A stretch of DNA of 64,000 nt, from contig JANRKO010000006.1 of NCBI GenBank assembly GCA_033763455.1, forward strand, positions 32,001-96,000, in the 5' to 3' direction. This stretch comes from Polyangiaceae bacterium (GTDB taxonomy: Bacteria > Myxococcota_A > Polyangia > Polyangiales > Polyangiaceae). Within the stretch, counting starts at the first letter, position 1. Every line of letters begins with the position of its first letter. A program made the position numbers and the translations under genes. Positions 9,365-19,608 of the stretch are shown here, in pieces. The notes below the pieces were generated by a model that had not been told where the DNA came from, made no database searches, and saw only the letters and a program-made list of their open reading frames with translations.

Positions 9365-9719
9365 ATGAGTGATTCAGCGATCCAACGGGCAATGGTGTAT
9401 CTCAACGCAGGGGCGGAGGCCGCCTCTCTGGACCCCAATCGCCCAGCGTGCCACTTTGCGCCGCCATCGCGCTGGATGAATGATCCCAACGGGACCATTT
9501 ATCACAACGGCTGGTATCACCTTTTTTATCAGTTGAATCACCTTTGGTGATAGCTGGATTCTTGTGGATCGGACAACAGTTGAAGTTTTCGCTGACAATG
9601 GGCGCACCGTTTGCACTCGTGTGGTGTATGCCCCAGCGTTGGATGATTCTGCCTCAATCGCCGCTGATGATTCCGAGGTGAGCGTCCTTTTGTATCGTTT
9701 GAGAGTTCGGCGACGGTGA
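9365..9719 (+). pseudogene. GH32 (beta-fructosidase) remnant with a frameshift and a large internal deletion
   Basis: [18 protein letters not shown]...WYHLFYQLN, then after a +1 shift near 9540 FGDSW joins directly to the GH32 C-terminal motif ILVDRTTVEVFADNG. Confidence 0.85.
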
Positions 9720-9877
9720 TGCTGCGTTGTGTCACGGTCTTTCGCACGTTGCCTGTGATTGGATCGTGTACCTTTGCGCCCCATCTCGGCTCAAGATTGA
9801 AGGCATCGTTCCGCTGAGAGTGCGTATCCTGGGATGCGAAAGGGAGCTTCTACTCAGAGTTCCCAGCGAGGTACCCG

Positions 9878-11590
9878 ATGCAACGATTCATTCACGGAAG
9901 TGCCGTTTCTCTCGCCCTATTGGGGGCAATCTCCTGCTCAGCAGAGGTTCCCAGCCGAAGAGCGACACCGAATGGCGTTGATGGCCCTGCGGTTGGCGCG
10001 GGCGCCAACAGCGGAGCTTTGCTGGGCGCTGGCGGTTCGGGTAGCGGGATCGGCAACACGGCAATGGGCGGCTCAGGCGTGGGCTCTGGTTCTGGGGGTA
10101 CGGGCATCGTCGTAGTCGACCCGGGAGCGCCGGGGATAACCGTGATTCGGCGCTTGAATATCGCGGAATACAACAACACCGTTCGGGATCTTTTGGCCGA
10201 TACTTCGGCGCCCGCAAAAGAGTTCCCGCCGGAAGAGCAGAGTTACGGCTTCAACAACAATGCCGCGGCACTCACCGTTTCCCCTGTGCTGGTGCAGGCC
10301 CAATTAACGGCAGCCGAGACGCTTTCGGCGGCCCTGCTGTCGAACCTAACGACCCTACTCCCTTGTGCTGCCACAGCAGACGACGCCTGCGCGCAACAAT
10401 TCATCGCTAGCTTTGGCGAACGTGCATTTCGCCATCCGTTAGAGCAAACAGATACTGACCGTTTGACGGCTGTGTTCAGTCAAGGCAAAGCCGCTGGAGG
10501 CTTTAATTCAGGCATTGAGTGGGTGATTCAGGCCATGTTGATGTCACCGCGCTTTCTCTACCGCGTGGAGCTTTCTTCGGCCACGCTTGACAGTTGGGAG
10601 GTCGCCTCTCGGTTGTCGTACATGTTGTGGCAAACGATGCCAGACGCTTCGTTGTTGGATGCCGCCCGCACGAACACGCTCACGTCGCCCACCGGCGTTG
10701 CCTCGCAGGCAGAACGGCTTTTGGCGGACCCCAAGGCCAAAGCAACACTCAAGGATTTTCATTCCCATTGGTTGAAGTATGGGGCCGTTCAATCACTCAC
10801 GCGGGACGCCGCCATTTACCCGGATTTCACGCCAAAGGTGGCTCAAGCTATGCGCCAGGAGCTCGATGAGTTCGTGACTTACGCGGCGTTCGATTCCTCG
10901 ACGACGGTGCAAACATTGTTCGCCGGAACAGAATCGTTTTTGAACGGCCCTTTGGCGGCTTTTTACGGGGTAACTGGCGCTACCGGGGATGCGTTCACCA
11001 AGGTTGCCCTAGATCCTGCCCAACGCACTGGTATTTTAACCCGCGGTGGCATTATGGCCGCGTTGAGTCACCCGGACCAAACCTCGCCGGTGCTGCGAGG
11101 CAAGTTCATTCGCGAACAGTTCTTCTGTCAGGATGTTCCGCCCCCTCCACCGAGCGTTGTAAACAAGCTGCCCGAAGCTGCTCCCACCTTCAACGCGCGG
11201 GATCGAATGGTGCAGCATAGCCAAGATCCCACGTGTGCGGCTTGCCACCAAACAATGGACCCAATCGGATTTAGCCTGGAGAATCTGGATATGGTGGGTC
11301 GCTGGCGGGACACCGATGGTGGAAAACCCGTAGACGCTACTGGTGACATCGTGGGCACGGACACGCCAGGGGCATTCAACGGTCCGACTGAGCTCGCAGC
11401 AAGGTTAGCCGCGAGCCCTCAAGTCAATGCCTGCGTCACGACACAGTTCTTCCGCTTCGCGACGGGTCGCAAGGAAACCGCCGGAGACGCTCCCGCCATC
11501 GCCGAGTTCTCCGGCGTTCTCAGCAGCCAAGGACGTCTGACGAAGCTCGTCGTGGCTCTTGCTGAATCCAACACACTACGCAGTCGCTGA
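9878..11590 (+). CDS. DUF1592-family lipoprotein (DUF1587/1595/1592/1588/1585 domains) with a CxxCH motif
   Basis: Lipobox GAISC, Gly linker, RRLNIAEYNNTVRDLL, SPRFLYRVE, TSPVLRG, CAACH...DPIGFSLEN. Confidence 0.92.
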   Translation: MQRFIHGSAVSLALLGAISCSAEVPSRRATPNGVDGPAVGAGANSGALLGAGGSGSGIGNTAMGGSGVGSGSGGTGIVVVDPGAPGITVIRRLNIAEYNNTVRDLLADTSAPAKEFPPEEQSYGFNNNAAALTVSPVLVQAQLTAAETLSAALLSNLTTLLPCAATADDACAQQFIASFGERAFRHPLEQTDTDRLTAVFSQGKAAGGFNSGIEWVIQAMLMSPRFLYRVELSSATLDSWEVASRLSYMLWQTMPDASLLDAARTNTLTSPTGVASQAERLLADPKAKATLKDFHSHWLKYGAVQSLTRDAAIYPDFTPKVAQAMRQELDEFVTYAAFDSSTTVQTLFAGTESFLNGPLAAFYGVTGATGDAFTKVALDPAQRTGILTRGGIMAALSHPDQTSPVLRGKFIREQFFCQDVPPPPPSVVNKLPEAAPTFNARDRMVQHSQDPTCAACHQTMDPIGFSLENLDMVGRWRDTDGGKPVDATGDIVGTDTPGAFNGPTELAARLAASPQVNACVTTQFFRFATGRKETAGDAPAIAEFSGVLSSQGRLTKLVVALAESNTLRSR

Positions 11591-11615
11591 CCGTCCGCGG
11601 AATAAGGGATTAACC

Positions 11616-13085
11616 ATGAAATACGCCAAGATTGCCCGAAGAAACGCCCTGCGCGCCCTGGCGGGCGTGGGAGTTGCCCTACCTCTCCTACAGACCTTTC
11701 GCGGCTTCGGAAGTGCCGTTGCGCAGCCCAACAATTACCCCAAGCGGCTCATCATCTACGCGACGGTTCACACGAGCTGGCCTGAGCAGTTCTGGCCCAT
11801 CCTTCCTGGGCAGTCTGCACCCGCGATCGCGCCGCCTTCCATGAACGAGTACGTTACGGGCCTGAGCGCACTCGATGTTACGGACTTCCAGTTTTCGACG
11901 ATTCTGAAACCCCTCGAAGCTCATCGTAGCCGCCTCCTGATCGCAGAGGGTATCGACGGTTGGGATGGGAACCACCAGGGCTACTCCAACTACTTCGGTG
12001 GCAGGCCCTCGAATCTCGAGAATATCGGCGGCGGAGTTACCGTCGACCACGTCTTAGCCAAGGAGCTGAACCTCTCCAGTGTTACCAAGTTTGCCAACCT
12101 GCAACTGGGAGTCCTCGCCAATTCCCTAGACACTGGCGTGGGCGCGCGCTTGAGCTGGTATGGCCCCGAGATGCCCGCACCTCCCGAATGCGATCCGAGC
12201 AAGGCATTCGAGCGCATTTTTGCGAACTTTACACCGCCGAGCGGCACAGCGAGCCCCGCCGCACCTGATCCAGCGATTGCGCGTCGTGCGTCCGTGTTGG
12301 ATGCGAGCGCCAAGCAGCTCCAAGAGCTGCAAACGCGCCTTCCTTTTCAGGAAGATCGAGACAAGCTGGAACAGCACCTTACTTCCCTGCGCGCGGTAGA
12401 GATGATGGTGGGGCAAGGCGCGGGAACCGGTGCACTTCAAGGTTGCGGCAAGCCAGCGGTGCCGCCAAAGCTCGATGAGTTTTCCGAGGCTGACGCACCC
12501 GCAATCGCGCAAGCTCAAATCGAGAACATGGTGCTAGCCATGAGCTGTGACCTTACGCGTATCGCTACGTACCAATTCTACGATGATATGGGCGGCTTCC
12601 GCCACCCGTGGCTTGGCATTACTAAGGGGCACCACAATGATCTCGGCCACGCTCCCTCGGAGGATATGGATTCGCAGCAACAAATCCTGAAAATCCAAAC
12701 CTGGCATTCCTCCCAAGTAGCCGCTCTTCTGGATCGCCTCGGGAGTATTCCGGAAGGCGCCGGCACGATGCTTGATAACACGTTGGTCGTGTTCGCTTCG
12801 ACTGCAACTCGCGGAAATAACCACACGAATACGAATTCTCCCATTGTCTTGGCGGGTAATTTGGCTGGCAATCTGATCCGAAGTGGGCGCTATATGCGCT
12901 TTCAGCGTGCGCCTTCCCAAGGCACACGTCCGGTCGGCGGAGGCGGTGAAGCCACGAGCCAAATCGGCGTAGCGCGTAGCACTTCTGATCTTTGCTTCAC
13001 GCTGATGAAGGCGTTTGGGCTCAGTCCAACGAGCTTTGGGGATCCTGCGCGCTTCAACGGTGGGATCAACGAGATCCTGGCGTGA
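11616..13085 (+). CDS. DUF1552 family protein with a Tat-like leader
   Basis: ARRNALRALAGVGVALPLL, PKRL, DRDKLEQHLTSLR.VE, CDLTRIAT, HHNDLGH, EGAGTMLDNT. ATG 11616 follows AAGGG. Confidence 0.92.
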   Translation: MKYAKIARRNALRALAGVGVALPLLQTFRGFGSAVAQPNNYPKRLIIYATVHTSWPEQFWPILPGQSAPAIAPPSMNEYVTGLSALDVTDFQFSTILKPLEAHRSRLLIAEGIDGWDGNHQGYSNYFGGRPSNLENIGGGVTVDHVLAKELNLSSVTKFANLQLGVLANSLDTGVGARLSWYGPEMPAPPECDPSKAFERIFANFTPPSGTASPAAPDPAIARRASVLDASAKQLQELQTRLPFQEDRDKLEQHLTSLRAVEMMVGQGAGTGALQGCGKPAVPPKLDEFSEADAPAIAQAQIENMVLAMSCDLTRIATYQFYDDMGGFRHPWLGITKGHHNDLGHAPSEDMDSQQQILKIQTWHSSQVAALLDRLGSIPEGAGTMLDNTLVVFASTATRGNNHTNTNSPIVLAGNLAGNLIRSGRYMRFQRAPSQGTRPVGGGGEATSQIGVARSTSDLCFTLMKAFGLSPTSFGDPARFNGGINEILA

Positions 13086-13318
13086 TCATGCGAGAGGCAT
13101 AGAGGAGTTCAACGTGCCCAGGACAAACACGACGTTAAGTAAAAGCGGTGTTATTGTGTTCCAATCTGGGTGCGTAAGAGGCATTGGGCGACGTGTGTGT
13201 CCTTGTCCCTCGGCGAGTCGCCGCAAGTTCTTATATGTTACGGGTTGCCGGGTCGTAATCGAGCGCCTAGGCCAAAGTGGAAAGGCCTAGCTTCGGTGCT
13301 GGTGTCTACTCTTGAGGA

Positions 13319-15010
13319 ATGCGGTATTTGGACTCGCTAGCTAAACTCGTCTCCCTCGGAGCTCTCACCGTCGTTGGCGCTGCGTGCTCGGCCTCTGTTG
13401 AGCGCGGAAACCAGCCTAACCCCGTAGCAAACGGTACCGGGGGTACGGTGAGCGATGGAACAGGCGGCGCTGGCAATTCTGGCAACGCCCCGCAGACCGG
13501 TGGGTCGGGGCCGCAAGGGGCCGTAGCAGGCCCAACAGTGCTTCGGCGGCTCACAAATCGGGAATACCGGGCCAGCGTTCGTGACCTTCTGGGGCTCGGA
13601 GCACTCCCCTCCGAGAATGTGGATGCCGATCTGCCGGCACCCAAGGGTTTCGATAACTTTGCCGATCGTTTGGCAGTTTCGACGTCCTTGGCGACGCAAT
13701 ACGCGACGATCGCAAATAACAAGGGGGTGAAGGAATTCGTGGCTCCTCCCTGCCAGGCACCCATGGCGGAAGCCGATTGCGGCGCTGCCTTTATCCGCAC
13801 GTTTGGTGAACGCGCATTCCGTCGGCCTCTGACGGCGGCCGAAGAGCAGCAGTACCAGGGCTTGTTTGCCGCTGAAGTGGGGCGAACGGGTTACTCGGGC
13901 GGGGTCACCCACGTGGTGGAGATCATGCTTCAATCCCCCAAGTTTCTGTATCGCTTTGAGCTGGGGGATGCTTCGGGCGGAGCCAATCGGAAGCTCACGC
14001 CTTACGAAGTGGCTTCAGAGCTTTCGTACATGTTGCTCGGGTCCATGCCGGATCAGGAGTTGTTTGCCGCAGCCGCCGCCAATGCCCTGCAAACGAGTGC
14101 AGAAGTGGAACAGCAAGCACGGCGTTTGTTAAAGCTGCCGGGCGCGCGCGCTTCCCTTACCGCTTTTCTGCAGGAATTTTCCGGCATTCATCGCATTGCC
14201 GACATGCAAAAGACGGCTGATGTTTATCCCCTTTTCAATGCTGATTTGAAGAGCGCCATGACGGACGAAACGGCGCAGTTTATCCAGGCTGTCGTGTTTG
14301 ATGGGGATGGGTCTTACAACACCTTGCTGACGGCGCCGTATTCGTACGTGAACGCGCCGCTCGCTCAAGTTTACGGCATGGCTGACCCAGGCCAGGGCAA
14401 CACGCTCGTGAAGAAAGATTTGAACACCACCGAACGTATCGGCCTGCTTGGCCAGGCTTCCGTGTTGGCCACCTTTGCGAAGGCGTATGAATCTGGGCCC
14501 ATTTTACGCGGAAAAATGGGGCGCGTGCGGTTTCTGTGCGAGACGCTTCCGCCACCTCCCAAGGCCGTGATGCCGCCACCTCCAGATCTGAATGCCACCA
14601 CGCGCGAACGGTTCGCCAAGCATTCCACGGACGCAGAATGCGCCGGTTGCCACTCACTGATCGATCCGATCGGGTTTGGCTTCGAGAACTACGATGGCTT
14701 GGGGGCTTATCGCACGGAAGAGAATGGAAAGCCGATCGACGCCGCGGGTAACATCACCGGCACCCCCGATATGGATGGCCCCTTCTCCGGCGTGCCCGCG
14801 TTTGCAACCAAATTGGCAGCAAGCCAGGAGGCCAAACAGTGCCTCGCGCTCAAGGCCTATCAGTGGACTTTCGGCCGAAACGACATCGCTGGCGAGCGTG
14901 AGCTCGCCAACCGTATCGCCTCTGACCTCACGAGCGGTGGGCTCGATATTCGCGAGTTGGCAGTGGCCATCACCAAATCGGACAACTTCTTCTATCGGAC
15001 GTTCCAATGA
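13319..15010 (+). CDS. DUF1592-family lipoprotein with a CxxCH motif
   Basis: Lipobox VGAAC, LRRLTNREYRASVRDLLG, QSPKFLYRFE, CAGCH..IDPIGFGFENYDG. Confidence 0.92.
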   Translation: MRYLDSLAKLVSLGALTVVGAACSASVERGNQPNPVANGTGGTVSDGTGGAGNSGNAPQTGGSGPQGAVAGPTVLRRLTNREYRASVRDLLGLGALPSENVDADLPAPKGFDNFADRLAVSTSLATQYATIANNKGVKEFVAPPCQAPMAEADCGAAFIRTFGERAFRRPLTAAEEQQYQGLFAAEVGRTGYSGGVTHVVEIMLQSPKFLYRFELGDASGGANRKLTPYEVASELSYMLLGSMPDQELFAAAAANALQTSAEVEQQARRLLKLPGARASLTAFLQEFSGIHRIADMQKTADVYPLFNADLKSAMTDETAQFIQAVVFDGDGSYNTLLTAPYSYVNAPLAQVYGMADPGQGNTLVKKDLNTTERIGLLGQASVLATFAKAYESGPILRGKMGRVRFLCETLPPPPKAVMPPPPDLNATTRERFAKHSTDAECAGCHSLIDPIGFGFENYDGLGAYRTEENGKPIDAAGNITGTPDMDGPFSGVPAFATKLAASQEAKQCLALKAYQWTFGRNDIAGERELANRIASDLTSGGLDIRELAVAITKSDNFFYRTFQ

Positions 15011-15050
15011 CGCGCGCACTTGTAAGCAAGACGAAAGGGAACCTGTAAGA

Positions 15051-16460
15051 ATGTCAAAAGCGATTCTTAAGCGCCGCACATTGCTCAAGCAGCTGGGAGC
15101 CGCCGCATTCCTGGCAACGCCCGTGTTTCGGTCGGTATTGGCCGAAGCGCAAACAGCCTTCCCGCTGCGTTTGATTCTTCTCAATCTGCCTGGTGGTATC
15201 CCCTACAAAGCAGGAGCGGACGGAACTCCGGACTTTTTCTTCGACACGCTGGCTAAGCCTTTCGCGGCCCTAGAATCGGACATGATCGTGATCGACGGTG
15301 CCGAGTCGCCCGCGTCTGAGGAGGTGAGTGCCTTCTACGAGCTGGAGGGTCACGGCGGCGGATGCCGCACGATGTTCGGAGGCAAAGGGGAGGGGCAGGG
15401 CTGCAATGGGCCGAATGCATGTGGCACGAGTGAAGCGGACGCCTATGGCTATGGAACCGCCACCACCATTGATCAAATCGTTGCCGATCAAGTTGGTACG
15501 AACACGAAGTTCCGAAGCATCGGGCTTGGCACCCTCTGGGATAAGGGCCAAGGCGGAGACCACGCGGAATGTTTCTTTAAGAATGGTCAGCCAGTGCGCC
15601 CATTTGGCGACCCCTTGGTAGCTTTTACACAAATCTTTGGAGGTGGAACGCCCCCTCCAGTATCTACGACCACGGGTACCTCCACGACCCCTACGGCGCC
15701 TGATCCAGCGCTCATCAACCAGTATGCGCGCGGTAGGAGTCGGCTCGATCAGCTCCTCGCTGAGGTCAACGAAATCAAGGGCATTGCGGGCACCAACGAA
15801 CAAGCCAAGCTCGATCAACACCTAACGTCGCTCCGAGAACTCGAGAAATCACTGGTAGATCCGAGTGCTGGTCCGGGTGGCGGCAGCGGTGGCGGGATAG
15901 GAGTGATGCCGGGCGGCGCTTGTGCCACGCCCGCGACCCCGGGCAACGGAGCTGCAGATGATATCCGAACAGCGAGTGCGGCGTTTAACGCTATTGGTTA
16001 TCAGGCAATCAATTGCGATCTTACGCGCGTTCTCGACATGCAATGGCTTTCTTCCGGGGACCATTTGCCGCGTTTTGAGTGGATGGGCTTGAAGCTTGAT
16101 CACCACGGGATGGAGCACGGTTCATCGCGCACGGAATACGCGGCTGCGCAGACCTGGATCTTCCAGGAGATGGCGAACTTCCTCACCATGCTGAAGACCA
16201 CACCCGAAGGCAGCGGCAACATGCTGGACAATTCAGTGGTCTACATGACGTCCGAGATGAGTGAGGGCAATCACGTTCATAACCCGGTGCTTCAATTCGT
16301 TGCTGGTAAAGGCGGCGGACAGTTCCGTACAGGGCGCCGGTTGGATGCCACGGGCAAGACCAACAACGACGTGCTTTTGGCGCTGGTGAAGGCAATGGGC
16401 GTGAACGCAACCACCGTCGGCGACGCCAAGTACAACAACGGTGCGATTAGCTTGGCGTAA
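15051..16460 (+). CDS. DUF1552 family protein with a Tat-like leader
   Basis: ATG 15051 follows AAGGGA (the track's upstream extension overlaps the previous gene). KRRTLLKQLG, KLDQHLTSLRELE, CDLTRV, DHHGMEH, MLDNS. Confidence 0.92.
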   Translation: MSKAILKRRTLLKQLGAAAFLATPVFRSVLAEAQTAFPLRLILLNLPGGIPYKAGADGTPDFFFDTLAKPFAALESDMIVIDGAESPASEEVSAFYELEGHGGGCRTMFGGKGEGQGCNGPNACGTSEADAYGYGTATTIDQIVADQVGTNTKFRSIGLGTLWDKGQGGDHAECFFKNGQPVRPFGDPLVAFTQIFGGGTPPPVSTTTGTSTTPTAPDPALINQYARGRSRLDQLLAEVNEIKGIAGTNEQAKLDQHLTSLRELEKSLVDPSAGPGGGSGGGIGVMPGGACATPATPGNGAADDIRTASAAFNAIGYQAINCDLTRVLDMQWLSSGDHLPRFEWMGLKLDHHGMEHGSSRTEYAAAQTWIFQEMANFLTMLKTTPEGSGNMLDNSVVYMTSEMSEGNHVHNPVLQFVAGKGGGQFRTGRRLDATGKTNNDVLLALVKAMGVNATTVGDAKYNNGAISLA

Positions 16461-16464
16461 AGGA

Positions 16465-17652
16465 TCAGCGACGGCTCGCTCGGGGGCGCTCATAGCCAAC
16501 GCCCAGCTCTAGCGCGTGCGTGAGGGAAGCGCCGGTTGCAAATTCACCGTTTTTTCCCACGTTGTACCAAAATCCAACTCCCGGCTTGCTGCGGTAAAAT
16601 GCGTTGGGATAGACGTTAACCTGTAGTAATGACTCGCCAATATCACTGAGCTGAAGCGAAGCTAGTAGAGATTGGTTGCGATCTATAAATAGCGCTGCAC
16701 TAGGCGCGAACTTAACTTCATTCTGAAGGCTATCGAGCGATACGTTCGTCAGTCGGTAAGAGCGCCCGCCGGCGGCGACCGAGATCGAATATTCACCTTT
16801 AGCGTGGTAGGAAACGCCCCCCAGTGTGCCGAGCCCGAGGTGCAGAAAGGGCGAGAAGCGCGAGCCCAGCGGCACCTTGACCGCAAAATCGTTCCCCGTG
16901 TTATTCAGGTTGCCTGCGGGGAACGTGAATGTTGGCATGCGGGACCAATCCGCCATGATGATGTCGTGGCTAAAGAAGCTCGCAACGCGGTCGGAACTGA
17001 AAAGCAGCATTCCCCCCAAGTCGAACACGTACACGTCAGCGATGGCGTCAGTGTTGAAGCCTGGGTTTCCGCGGTTTTCAAGGGTTTCATTGGCAAGGGC
17101 CGAAAGCAGCAGTGTGGTGCCGCTGAAGAGCCACGGCACGGGCACGTGGTGGTCTTCGTACCACTCGGAAAGCGCGCGAAACGTGACTCCCCCTCCGAAC
17201 AAGTGCAGCCCATAGTTTGGAACCCAATAGGCAGTGTCGGGCGTGAAGCTGAGCGGAAGTATTTCGGTCTGTAGAAAGTGCCCCCAACCATCGTCCCGAA
17301 TGGCCGGTAATGGGTTTCCAAGGTTGCGAAGCACCACTTTGCCATCGCGCCGGTACGGCTGTGAGAGCAGATTGCGCCGGCCAGGTCGGAGCTGCAACAC
17401 GTCGAAGCCGCGGTTGAGGAAGACGGACATCGGCCCGTAGAGAGACTCGCTTCCGTAGTCGCGGTTGAAGTAGAAGTACCTTCGTGGCTTTGCCGGGCGC
17501 GCTCGTTTTGCGTCAGGTACCCCTTCCTGGGCCGTGGTCAGGGGCATATCCCACACGAAAGAAAGGAGTACGCTGACGAGTGTCAGCCATAAGCTTCTTG
17601 CTGCTTTGAACTTGGACCGAGTTCTAACCAAACGCACCCTCCCGGTCTTCAT
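16465..17652 (-). CDS. Hypothetical exported protein, possibly outer membrane
   Basis: 395-aa ORF with a signal-like N-terminus, a helical middle (PNYGLHLFGGG, ANETLEN) and an alternating beta-strand C-terminal half. Confidence 0.6.
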   Translation of the reverse strand: MKTGRVRLVRTRSKFKAARSLWLTLVSVLLSFVWDMPLTTAQEGVPDAKRARPAKPRRYFYFNRDYGSESLYGPMSVFLNRGFDVLQLRPGRRNLLSQPYRRDGKVVLRNLGNPLPAIRDDGWGHFLQTEILPLSFTPDTAYWVPNYGLHLFGGGVTFRALSEWYEDHHVPVPWLFSGTTLLLSALANETLENRGNPGFNTDAIADVYVFDLGGMLLFSSDRVASFFSHDIIMADWSRMPTFTFPAGNLNNTGNDFAVKVPLGSRFSPFLHLGLGTLGGVSYHAKGEYSISVAAGGRSYRLTNVSLDSLQNEVKFAPSAALFIDRNQSLLASLQLSDIGESLLQVNVYPNAFYRSKPGVGFWYNVGKNGEFATGASLTHALELGVGYERPRASRR

Positions 17653-17869
17653 GTCGCACCCTTGCCCTGGCTTGCACTGGGAGCGCTCCTTAGCGCGTGG
17701 ATGGGGCGAGCGAAAGAAGCGGTTCTAAGGGCCCTCTAGTACCGATCGTATCCGGGGCGAAGAACGAAGGATCTGTCAGAAACGTGCGCTCCCCTTCCAA
17801 TTCCGTTCAGGAGCAGCGGCCATACGAGGTCCTACGGACGGCGATTACGACTCGTGTTACGTTTGCAGT

Positions 17870-18754
17870 ATGCCGGACTCGATGCAGTTTGGAGAGACGC
17901 GCTGGCGGACCTGGGTGCAGCCGGCCTCCGCGGGGCAGGCGTTTAGGCCCCAGTGCGCCTTCGTCTGCGTGGATCTCGTTGAGGCGGTGGAGCCCTGGCT
18001 GTGTGCCCCGCATCTACATGGGGACAAGTTCGAGTTGGTGCATGTGATGCGGGGGAACTACGCGTGTCGCGTGAATCAAACTGAGGTGCGGTTGAGGCCC
18101 GGTGAAACGCTGATAGTGCGCCCGGCCGATGTGCACGAGGATACGGCGCTTTCCGCCTGCACGTTTCTAGCCGTCCGCTTCTTACTCCTTGGTAGCCACC
18201 GTTATTCCAGCAGCTTTGATATATTCGCGAAAGGTGTCAGTCCCGAGGACCTTGTGCTCGCCAACACGGGTTCACTTCTGCGTTCCTTCCATGAACGGGT
18301 GTTAGCTGAGCTTCAAGCCTTGACCCCCCTCTCAGCATCGTTCTTGGATGCCCTCATGCTCACGCTGTTCCTAGAACTTGTGGGTCGCCTTCCTGCGCGT
18401 TTGCTGTCAGCCAATCTCGGTGCTGGCCAGGAGCGAACCTTCGAGGCTCGCTTGCTCGAGCTATTTCAAGAGCATCGAGACAGGAACCTCAGCGTGGGGG
18501 ACATGGCCAAGCGCTTGGGGATGAGCGTTTCTTCCCTCGAGCGCGCCTGCAAACGCGAGCTGAATGTGTCGGTGGCCCGCGCGCTGATGAACTTCCGGAT
18601 GCAAGAGGCGCTTGAGCTGGTTCGCCACACGCGTACGCCCATCAAAGAAGTGAGCGAGCTTCTAGGGTTCGCCAACCAGAATCATTTCTCCTCGGCATTT
18701 CGAAAGCACTTTGGCCACGCTCCAACCAATTTCAGAGCTGATGTGAGCGGCTAG
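17870..18754 (+). CDS. AraC family regulator (cupin plus HTH)
   Basis: PHLH..FELVHV.RG cupin motif and PIKEVSELLGFANQNHFSSAFRKHFG. ATG lies 6 nt after TACGTT. Confidence 0.92.
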   Translation: MPDSMQFGETRWRTWVQPASAGQAFRPQCAFVCVDLVEAVEPWLCAPHLHGDKFELVHVMRGNYACRVNQTEVRLRPGETLIVRPADVHEDTALSACTFLAVRFLLLGSHRYSSSFDIFAKGVSPEDLVLANTGSLLRSFHERVLAELQALTPLSASFLDALMLTLFLELVGRLPARLLSANLGAGQERTFEARLLELFQEHRDRNLSVGDMAKRLGMSVSSLERACKRELNVSVARALMNFRMQEALELVRHTRTPIKEVSELLGFANQNHFSSAFRKHFGHAPTNFRADVSG

Positions 18755-18785
18755 GCTGCCGTAGTGGCGAGCCTGGCTTCTACCC

Positions 18786-19403
18786 TTACGGCAACTTGAG
18801 CTGCTTCTCTATCGCTTGAGCTAGCTCCGCTCCGCCCGGCTCGACCTTGCTTGGCCACGCTGCCACCGGGCGACCGTGTTTATCGATTAGGTATTTGTGA
18901 AAGTTCCACTTGGGCGCGCCCAGTGCGTCTGAAAGCAACGCGTAAAGCGGCGCTCGCTCGGCACCTTTTGTGGCAACCTTTTCGAACATTGGGAACGTGA
19001 CACCGTATTTGCTTCGACAGAATGTAGCAATTTGCTCCGGGCTACCCGGTTCTTGGCCACCAAAATCATTCGACGGAAAGCCTAGGACGGAAAAGCCTTG
19101 CGCCTCATACTTTGCGTGAAGCGCCTCTAGACCTTCATATTGTGGTGTGTACCCACATTCGGAGGCCGTGTTCACAATGAGCAGCACCTTGCCGGAAAAT
19201 GAAGAGAGCTCTACGGGCGTGCCGTCTAAACGTTTCACTGTTAGCGAGTGGATCACAGGGGAGTCTTTCGGGGATGGGAGAACTGCGCTTGAGGCAGCCG
19301 TGGGGTTCGTTTGGCAAGCGCTTGCACCCGCAAATGCCATCACGAGAGGCAAGCCCCAAACGCAGCTTTTGGATCTTGTAACGCGCATTGGGCTAAGTGT
19401 CAT
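18786..19403 (-). CDS. Glutathione peroxidase (Cys type), probable lipoprotein
   Basis: GKVLLIVNTASECGYTPQY, LGFPSNDFGGQEPG, WNFHKYLID, lipobox-like GASAC. Confidence 0.93.
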   Translation of the reverse strand: MTLSPMRVTRSKSCVWGLPLVMAFAGASACQTNPTAASSAVLPSPKDSPVIHSLTVKRLDGTPVELSSFSGKVLLIVNTASECGYTPQYEGLEALHAKYEAQGFSVLGFPSNDFGGQEPGSPEQIATFCRSKYGVTFPMFEKVATKGAERAPLYALLSDALGAPKWNFHKYLIDKHGRPVAAWPSKVEPGGAELAQAIEKQLKLP

Positions 19404-19608
19404 GCGGGGGGCTCAGACTAGCCTTTTTCTTATGGGGCCCGCCCAGCGTAGCGCAAGCCCGGACGTGTGCATTTCTTCGGATAGTGGGGCCTCCGGTGGG
19501 CAGGATCTGAGAGGCCGCTTTACTCGGCCGCGTTGCTGGGCCGAGGCTCACCCGAGTGTCCCGCTTTGACACGCAGCGCCTGATCTAGCAACGTCTGCGC
19601 CCCTCTTA

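Noticed and set aside
14676..15050. N-terminal extension of the 594-aa ORF
   Set aside because: It overlaps the upstream gene. The SD and twin-arginine leader place the start at 15051.
19150..19165. Selenocysteine in the glutathione peroxidase
   Set aside because: The active-site codon is TGT (Cys) in NTASECG.
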